Positions 26,684 to 32,000 of a stretch of 32,000 bases of DNA are shown here, one piece after another. The DNA is from Stenotrophomonas phage vB_SM_ytsc_ply2008005c, in the sequence record OK562670.1; one strand, written 5' to 3'. The translations under genes and the position numbers were made by a program. Under the pieces are notes generated by a model that searched no databases, was not told where the DNA came from, and saw nothing but the letters and a program-made list of their open reading frames with translations. Each line of letters starts with the position of its first letter. The first letter of the stretch is position 1.

Positions 26684-27535
26684 TTATACCTCCAGCCAGT
26701 TGTCGAGGGCCAGCAGCTCGAGGTACTTCTCGACCACCTCCGGCGCATAGTTCGGGGAGTCCGGCAGATCCATGAGGCCTTCGGTGAAGGCGCGCAGCAC
26801 CAGCGGGTCCGGCACATTGGCCTCCTCGAAGCCCTTGGCCCGGAGCAGGGTGGCGTGGTCGTGGCCCACGGGCGGGTAAGCCCCGTCGTAGCTGGTGTGG
26901 GTCCAGGCCAGCGCGGCGTAGCAACCCGGCAGGGTCAGGGCCAGCTCCACGGTGGCCTTCTTGGTCAGGCGCATCAGCGGGGTCAGGATGGCCAGCGAGG
27001 CGGGGGCACCGTCTTCACCGGTAAAGGTCCCGAGGTTGCAGGCGTGGGCCAGCGCATGGATGAAGGCCGATCGGCAATCCGGGTAGCCGCCGTAGTCTTC
27101 CTCGCAGACCCCGGTCACCAGCGCCTCGGCGTTGTGGATGTAGGCCCGGTTCGCCGCGATGGTCAGGAACATCTGATTGCGCATCGGGACGAAGGTCTTC
27201 TCGAGCCCGCCCGGCAGCGACTGGTGGTCAGCGTATTGCTCCAGCGCGTTGTCCGAGACCAGCGGGGAGGTCCCCTTGAGCACCGGCCCCATCGTGATGA
27301 TCTCGTGGGACAGGACGCCGGCCAGCTTGGCTACCTTGGCTGCGGCCTCGATCTCGCGCGCGTGGCGCTGGTTGTAGTCAAAGGTCACCGCATGCACTTC
27401 GAAGCCCAAGTCGCGAGCCCAGAAGAGGCAAGTGGTCGAATCCTGGCCGCCGGACAGGACAACGATGGCGACAGGCACTTCGGAACGGGTGCGCTTGCGC
27501 TCCCCTTCGAACAGTTCCAACTGTTGCTCACTCAT
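26684..27535 (-). CDS. queC: QueC-like 7-cyano-7-deazaguanine synthase, variant lacking canonical zinc cysteines
   Basis: 'VVLSGGQDSTTCLFWA' ATP-pyrophosphatase motif, 'FVPMRNQMFLTIAANRAY', and C-terminal 'HATLLRAKGFEEANVPDPL'. Confidence 0.92.
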   Translation of the reverse strand: MSEQQLELFEGERKRTRSEVPVAIVVLSGGQDSTTCLFWARDLGFEVHAVTFDYNQRHAREIEAAAKVAKLAGVLSHEIITMGPVLKGTSPLVSDNALEQYADHQSLPGGLEKTFVPMRNQMFLTIAANRAYIHNAEALVTGVCEEDYGGYPDCRSAFIHALAHACNLGTFTGEDGAPASLAILTPLMRLTKKATVELALTLPGCYAALAWTHTSYDGAYPPVGHDHATLLRAKGFEEANVPDPLVLRAFTEGLMDLPDSPNYAPEVVEKYLELLALDNWLEV

Positions 27536-27542
27536 GATGATT

Positions 27543-28244
27543 TTACTCCAGGTTGATGATTTTGTGCGTTTGCAGGCACAGGGTATAACCGAACTTCAAG
27601 CAGCTGCGGATGGCGGCGTCCAGATGTCGGTTATTCTTGATCGGGTCGTTCTCGTCGATGGGTTGCACGTAAACGGTCCCTTTGAACCCGACGGGAGGTC
27701 TGGCCACACGAGGGGCAGCTGGGTGAGCCAGCGCCTTGATGGGCAGGCCGTCTTCGGGGTCAATGCTCTTGGCGTGGAGCACATACTTCAGCGCCGTGAT
27801 ATGGGGAGCCAGCTCGGCGTTGATCTTGCCGGCCTTCGGGCTACAGACGACCGTGATCTGGTCGTAGGGGAGGTCCGGGACGAACAAGGTCCCGTTGGTC
27901 TCGATCTGGACCCGGTAGCCGTGCTCCAGCAGTAGCCGGACGGCCGGGGCGATGTTCTGACGCATGGGCTCACCGCCGCTGAACACCACCAGCTTGGATG
28001 GGCTGGACATCTCCTTGACAGCGTCCAGGATAAAGTGCGGCATGACCTGCGAGCGGTTGCTGGTGTAATCCGTATCGCACATCGGGCACTGCAGGTTGCA
28101 GCCGAACAGCCGGACGAAGACGGCAGGGACCCCGGCGAACGGGCCTTCGCCCTGAATCGTCGAGAACATGTGGTGGAGGTCCAGGAGCCCGCGCTCATGC
28201 AGATTCTGCTTGGCTATGGGCTGCTGGTTCAGCGGTTGGTTCAT
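27543..28244 (-). CDS. queE: QueE / 7-carboxy-7-deazaguanine synthase (radical SAM)
   Basis: 'FSTIQGEGPFAGVPAVFVRLFGCNLQCPMCDTDYTS' with CxxxCxxC, 'VVFSGGEPMRQN', 'ETNGT'. SD AGGAG. Confidence 0.95.
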   Translation of the reverse strand: MNQPLNQQPIAKQNLHERGLLDLHHMFSTIQGEGPFAGVPAVFVRLFGCNLQCPMCDTDYTSNRSQVMPHFILDAVKEMSSPSKLVVFSGGEPMRQNIAPAVRLLLEHGYRVQIETNGTLFVPDLPYDQITVVCSPKAGKINAELAPHITALKYVLHAKSIDPEDGLPIKALAHPAAPRVARPPVGFKGTVYVQPIDENDPIKNNRHLDAAIRSCLKFGYTLCLQTHKIINLE

Positions 28245-28272
28245 GTGTGTACTCCTCGTGGTTGGTCATCCC

Positions 28273-28301
28273 ATTATAGGCCCGAACAGGCGTGTACACA
28301 A
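28273..28301 (-). promoter_or_regulatory. Sigma70-like promoter upstream of queE
   Basis: On the - strand: TTGTGT (28301-28296), 17 nt, TATAAT (28278-28273), 29 nt before the queE ATG. Confidence 0.6.
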
Positions 28302-28363
28302 CGGGATTTTAGAGCAAAAGAAAGGGCAGGATGAACCTGCCCTTCTTTACCAACCAGCCGAGG

Positions 28364-28681
28364 TTACTCGGCGTCGGCTTCGGTGCTCACGTCGGAGCCT
28401 TCGGCCTCACCGGCTTCCGCCGGGGCCTCGGCCTTCGGCTCGGCACCGAGGCCGTGGTACTTGCGCCAGCGGCCGTACTGGGTGGCAGCGGTAGCGGCGT
28501 TGATGTCCTCGGCCATGGCGGCCTCGAGGACCTTCTTGCGGGCGACCGGGCTGCCTTCCTGTGCCGACAGGCTGTCCGCGATCTCCCAGATGCGGCCGGT
28601 CTTGGTGCCCGCCTTCGGACGGGTGACGCCGTTCTGGATGTCCTTGGTGGCCGCAGCGGCCGGGGTCTGGTTCTCGCTCAT
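28364..28681 (-). CDS. Small protein consisting mainly of the shared 'W-IAD...QY-W' module
   Basis: 105 aa from ATG 28681 (MSENQTPAA...), SD GGAG. Contains RPKAGTKTGRIWEIADSLSAQEGSPVARKKVLEAAMAEDINAATAATQYGRWRKYHG. Confidence 0.75.
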   Translation of the reverse strand: MSENQTPAAAATKDIQNGVTRPKAGTKTGRIWEIADSLSAQEGSPVARKKVLEAAMAEDINAATAATQYGRWRKYHGLGAEPKAEAPAEAGEAEGSDVSTEADAE

Positions 28682-28757
28682 TGCTTTTCTCCTGGATGAG
28701 AGGGTGGGCTGTGCCCGGTTAAGGGGCCGTTGCGACGTGCACCAGCCCATGACGTGA

Positions 28758-28786
28758 ATCTTAGCCTACGCCGGTGCCGGGGTCAA
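28758..28786 (-). promoter_or_regulatory. Sigma70-like promoter upstream of the 105-aa gene
   Basis: On the - strand: TTGACC (28786-28781), 17 nt, TAAGAT (28763-28758). Confidence 0.5.
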
Positions 28787-29463
28787 GCCCCAGCCACCTG
28801 GTTTTTAGATCCCTTCCATTTACCGTACTGGACCTGGACGGTCGCCGGGTTGATCCCCTCGGCCACGGCGCGGCGGACGATCTCCGCGCGCTGGGCCTTG
28901 TGGTCATCGTCAGGCATCGCGGCGGCAACTTCATCCGCGATATCCCAGACTCGCCCGGTGGCCGTCCCCGGCTTGGGCCGGGCACTTGGGGTAGGGGTGG
29001 CCCCTTCCGCCCTCGCCACGGGGGCTTTACGGGGCGTGGGGGCCGGGGTTTCCGGGGTGGGCCGGTTGGGTAGCCGGACCAGTCCCGGAGGGGTGGGGAG
29101 GGGCTCCAGCTTGAGGCCTAGGACCTTGCAGGACTGGAGCAGAGCGTTATAGTCAAAGCCCTCGTGCTGGAACCCCGTGGTGTTCCGGTATAGGAGCTTG
29201 AGCTCCATGTCCGTGAACTTGCTATACGTCCGGCTGGACGCAGCTTCCCCGATTACGATGGCTTCGGGCGCAACCTCGTCAAGAGCTTTGGCCCACACCA
29301 CCCGGTACTCACCAAGCCCGATGAAGGTCATGGTTTCGCGGTTGATTGCAATGTTCATGGTGGGTTCCCTGTCATAGTAGTTTGGAAGGGGCCAATGGGT
29401 GTCGCCATACACCTCCCCCGTAGGGTCGGCAGGATGGCGACCCCGGGTTACGAGGTCGCGCAT
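28783..29463 (-). CDS. Protein with a novel N-terminal domain and the shared C-terminal module
   Basis: 226 aa, strong AGGAGG SD before ATG 29463; an internal ATG at 29358 is an alternative. C-terminus ARPKPGTATGRVWDIADEVAAAMPDDDHKAQRAEIVRRAVAEGINPATVQVQYGKWKG. Confidence 0.75.
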   Translation of the reverse strand: MRDLVTRGRHPADPTGEVYGDTHWPLPNYYDREPTMNIAINRETMTFIGLGEYRVVWAKALDEVAPEAIVIGEAASSRTYSKFTDMELKLLYRNTTGFQHEGFDYNALLQSCKVLGLKLEPLPTPPGLVRLPNRPTPETPAPTPRKAPVARAEGATPTPSARPKPGTATGRVWDIADEVAAAMPDDDHKAQRAEIVRRAVAEGINPATVQVQYGKWKGSKNQVAGA

Positions 29464-29475
29464 GTTAGCCTCCTG

Positions 29476-30009
29476 TTACTTGGCGGTGCCGTTCTTCGTG
29501 GCCAGCCACTGCTGGTACTGGGTACGGGCGGTGTAGAAAGCGATGCCGCGCTTCACGCACTCGGCGATCACATCCTTGCGGCGGACCTGCGGGTTGGCCG
29601 CAACCATCTCGTCAGCGATGTGCCAGACGGTCTTGGTCGGGCGCTCGATGGTCGAGTGGTTGGTGATTTCGATCTTGCGCTTCGGGGCGGCCTTGGGAGC
29701 TTCCTCCGCGATGGCCGGGCCGAACTCTTCGCCGCAGGCCAGGCACTCATATTCGAAGGCCTTGTGCTTGATCTCCTTGCCATTGACTTCCTGCAGGTGG
29801 ACCCCGATGCCGTTTTCCAGGTGGATACCGCAGTGGGGGCAATGGACGAACTCGCCAACCACCGGCTCCTCGGCTTCGACAGCCGGGGCCACTTCGATCG
29901 GCTGGAAGCCGAACTGGCCATCGATCTCGACGATCTCGTACTGATCCTTGGTCAGGCCAGCCTGCTTGGCGGCGCGGTGGGCGGAAGATTTAACGGTGTA
30001 AGTTTTCAT
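29476..30009 (-). CDS. Protein with central zinc ribbon and the shared C-terminal module
   Basis: 177 aa. CPHC...CLAC pair, C-terminus IERPTKTVWHIADEMVAANPQVRRKDVIAECVKRGIAFYTARTQYQQWLATKNG. Confidence 0.78.
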   Translation of the reverse strand: MKTYTVKSSAHRAAKQAGLTKDQYEIVEIDGQFGFQPIEVAPAVEAEEPVVGEFVHCPHCGIHLENGIGVHLQEVNGKEIKHKAFEYECLACGEEFGPAIAEEAPKAAPKRKIEITNHSTIERPTKTVWHIADEMVAANPQVRRKDVIAECVKRGIAFYTARTQYQQWLATKNGTAK

Positions 30010-30068
30010 GATGTTGCTCCTGTCCTGGTTTATGATCCGGGGGACCCATTCCCCCTAACCATGATTGA

Positions 30069-30097
30069 ATTATAGGGGACCCCGGATTGGCAGGCAA
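30069..30097 (-). promoter_or_regulatory. Sigma70-like promoter upstream of the 177-aa gene
   Basis: On the - strand: TTGCCT (30097-30092), 17 nt, TATAAT (30074-30069). Confidence 0.6.
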
Positions 30098-30163
30098 CAG
30101 GTTAAGCGCCTTGGATCGATTGAATGTTCGAATCAAAGAGCGCCTTTTTAGAGGCAAACGGGA

Positions 30164-30364
30164 TCAGAACGGGATCTCCCCTAACCACTCGGGGCACCCC
30201 ACCACCACTACGGTGAGCGGGGGCCGGGCGGCGAAGGTGGTGCATTGCTCCTCCTTTTTGTCCCAGTATTCGCAGTTGAGGCAGGTGGTCCAGTTCTGGG
30301 AGCGGATGATCTGCTCCTGGAACTCAATCCGCTGGGCTTGGTGCTGTTGTGGCTTCATATTCAT
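30164..30364 (-). CDS. Small Cys-containing protein, unknown
   Basis: 66 aa MNMKPQQHQAQRIEFQEQIIRSQNWTTCLNCEYWDKKEEQCTTFAARPPLTVVVVGCPEWLGEIPF. Cysteines spaced as in a small metal-binding fold. Overlaps the helicase 3' end by 41 nt. Confidence 0.6.
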   Translation of the reverse strand: MNMKPQQHQAQRIEFQEQIIRSQNWTTCLNCEYWDKKEEQCTTFAARPPLTVVVVGCPEWLGEIPF

Positions 30365-32000
30365 AGCTCATAATCTCCGGGTGCTTCTTGTTGATCCAGA
30401 CCCGGATGTGGGTCGGGGTACGAAGTTCGCCAAGGCGCTGGAAGGCGTCAGCGATGGTCTCGGGTGGTTGAGGATCAGTGGCCCGGTTGCGCCACCAGTC
30501 CCGGGCCTTCTTGCGGGCGAAGCCCTCATGCTCAAGGCAGACCCATTCGTCGAACATCCGCAGCCCGCAGTAGTAGCTGGCTCGGATGCTGGGCGGGCGC
30601 CCCTCCTTGCGGTGTTCGTTATAGACCACACGGTCTACCCGGAACAGCTCCACCTGCGGGAACTCCTGGCCGTCCCGGATCAGAGCCTCCGTCCCGGCGT
30701 GGAAGCCGAACTTGATGGACCGCGGGAACTCGAAGCCGCACTCCGGACAATGGGTCAGGCTGGCATGGCAATAGATGCCGCAGTTCTCGCAGATGCGGAC
30801 CGGGGCCTGGCCCCCGCCCTTGCCCTTGCGCTTCGGAATGACCGGGTCGTTGATCGGGCCGAGGCGGCGGGTATTGCCGGCGAAGTCCAGCACAAGGCAG
30901 TTGCGCTTCGGGCTGTTGATGATGGCGGCCAGCCGGCCCTCGGTGGTCTCCAGGTCAAAGCCGGGGGCGTAGAGTGGACGGGTGCCCCGCCCCAGCATCT
31001 GGACCCACAGCCCCGGCGACTGGGTGGGGCGGAGCATGACGATCAGGTCGATGGCTGGGAAGTCGAAGCCTGTGGTCAGAATGCCGTTGTTGACCATGGC
31101 CCGGTACTTGCCAGCCTTGTAGTCCGCCAGCCGTTGGTCCCGCTCCCCGTCGCTCATCTTGGAATGGACGCAGGTGGCGGGGACCCCGAGGCTCTCCAGC
31201 ATAGCGGCAACATGGATGGCATGCTCCACCCCGGAGGCGAAGACCAGCCAGTGCTGGCGGTCGTGCCCCATCTCGAGGGCTTCCAGCAGGGCGGCATGGG
31301 TCACCTCGTCCCGGTCCACTGCCTCCTGCAGCTGCTTGAGGTTGTACTCGCCCTGCTGGACCTTGACCCCATCCACGTCCAGCTCCGTGCGGGTGGGCCG
31401 CGGGACTAGCGGGCAGAGGTAGCCTTCGGCCAGGAACCAGTTGAAGGCCTCGAGGGTCGTCATATCGACGCAGACGTCGGTGAAGAGCCCGCCCTCCTCG
31501 ATCAGGAGGCCTTGCCCCATCCGGTAGTGTGTGGCGGTGAACCCGATCACCTTGAGGTAGGGGTTGACCTTCTTGAGGCCGTTGATGAACGCCTGATACA
31601 TGGTATCCGCCCTCGGGGATACCAGGTGGCATTCGTCAATCAGCAAGAGGTCAACATGGCCGAAGGTCTCCACTGCCTTGATAGCGGTGGCGATCCCGGC
31701 GTAGGTGATCGGGCAGTAGGCGTCCCGGCGCCCAAGCCCCGCGGAGAAGATGCCTGCGGGGGCGGTCGGCCAGATGGCCAGGAGCTTCTCGAAGTTCTGC
31801 TCGATGAGCTCCTTGACGTGGGTCAGCTTCATGACCCGCTGGCCGGGGTAGCGCTGGAAGGCCCGCTGGATGAAACCGCCAATGACCACAGACTTACCGG
31901 TACCGGTAGGCATCGCGACGACCGGGTTGCCCTCTCCGCCTTCTTCGAAGTAGCGGAAGATGGACTCGATCGCGTAGTCTTGGTAGTCGCGGAACTTCAT
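30324..32000 (-). CDS. SF2 DEAD/DEAH-family helicase with C-terminal zinc finger
   Basis: 'VVAMPTGTGKSVV' Walker A, 'LLLIDECHLVSP' DECH box, 'VMLRPTQSPGLWVQMLGRGTRP' motif VI, C-terminal 'CENCGIYCHASLTHCPECGFEFP'. ATG at 32000 is at the window edge. Confidence 0.92.
   Translation of the reverse strand: MKFRDYQDYAIESIFRYFEEGGEGNPVVAMPTGTGKSVVIGGFIQRAFQRYPGQRVMKLTHVKELIEQNFEKLLAIWPTAPAGIFSAGLGRRDAYCPITYAGIATAIKAVETFGHVDLLLIDECHLVSPRADTMYQAFINGLKKVNPYLKVIGFTATHYRMGQGLLIEEGGLFTDVCVDMTTLEAFNWFLAEGYLCPLVPRPTRTELDVDGVKVQQGEYNLKQLQEAVDRDEVTHAALLEALEMGHDRQHWLVFASGVEHAIHVAAMLESLGVPATCVHSKMSDGERDQRLADYKAGKYRAMVNNGILTTGFDFPAIDLIVMLRPTQSPGLWVQMLGRGTRPLYAPGFDLETTEGRLAAIINSPKRNCLVLDFAGNTRRLGPINDPVIPKRKGKGGGQAPVRICENCGIYCHASLTHCPECGFEFPRSIKFGFHAGTEALIRDGQEFPQVELFRVDRVVYNEHRKEGRPPSIRASYYCGLRMFDEWVCLEHEGFARKKARDWWRNRATDPQPPETIADAFQRLGELRTPTHIRVWINKKHPEIMSYEYEATTAPSPAD

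Noticed and set aside
26681-26690. TATAAT-like hexamer immediately before queD
   Set aside because: Overlaps the queC stop codon, lies 1 nt from the queD ATG and has no plausible -35 at 16-18 nt; likely coincidence.
30087-31409. + strand ORF (440 aa) opposite the helicase
   Set aside because: Antisense to helicase motifs, composition typical of a shadow ORF.
1-32000. CRISPR arrays, tRNA genes, integrase or transposase
   Set aside because: No repeat-spacer pattern, tRNA-like cloverleaf, or recombinase motif was recognised by eye; a tRNAscan-SE or CRISPR tool run would be needed to exclude them formally.

Overview
This 32 kb window is most of a high-GC, tailed, siphovirus-like phage genome arranged as two convergent blocks. 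The + strand (1-21002) runs from an Rz1-like lipoprotein tail end through terminase, portal, zinc-ribbon protein, MuF-like protein, scaffold, major capsid, connectors, tail tube, frameshifted tail chaperones, tape measure, and virion/tail-tip proteins. The - strand (21031-32000, read right to left) runs SF2 helicase, small Cys-rich ORF, three genes sharing a C-terminal module, queE, queC, queD, a PRTase-FolE fusion, a dpdA-like transglycosylase, a DnaN-like sliding clamp, family A DNA polymerase and two small ORFs. The standout is a compact 7-deazaguanine DNA-modification operon joined to phage replication genes by 1-4 nt overlaps. Unusual features: (a) DpdA ends in QMELF and QueC begins MSEQQLELF, both resembling beta-clamp-binding motifs, next to a phage-encoded clamp; (b) QueC appears to have lost its canonical zinc-ligand cysteines; (c) FolE is fused to a phosphoribosyltransferase-like domain. 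Also seen: a canonical -1 frameshift site (T TTT TTC) in the tail chaperones that the ORF track does not link, four well-spaced sigma70-like promoters on the - strand, and three genes in a row sharing an uncharacterised C-terminal module. Family names come from recognising motifs and gene order by eye; no database search was run.
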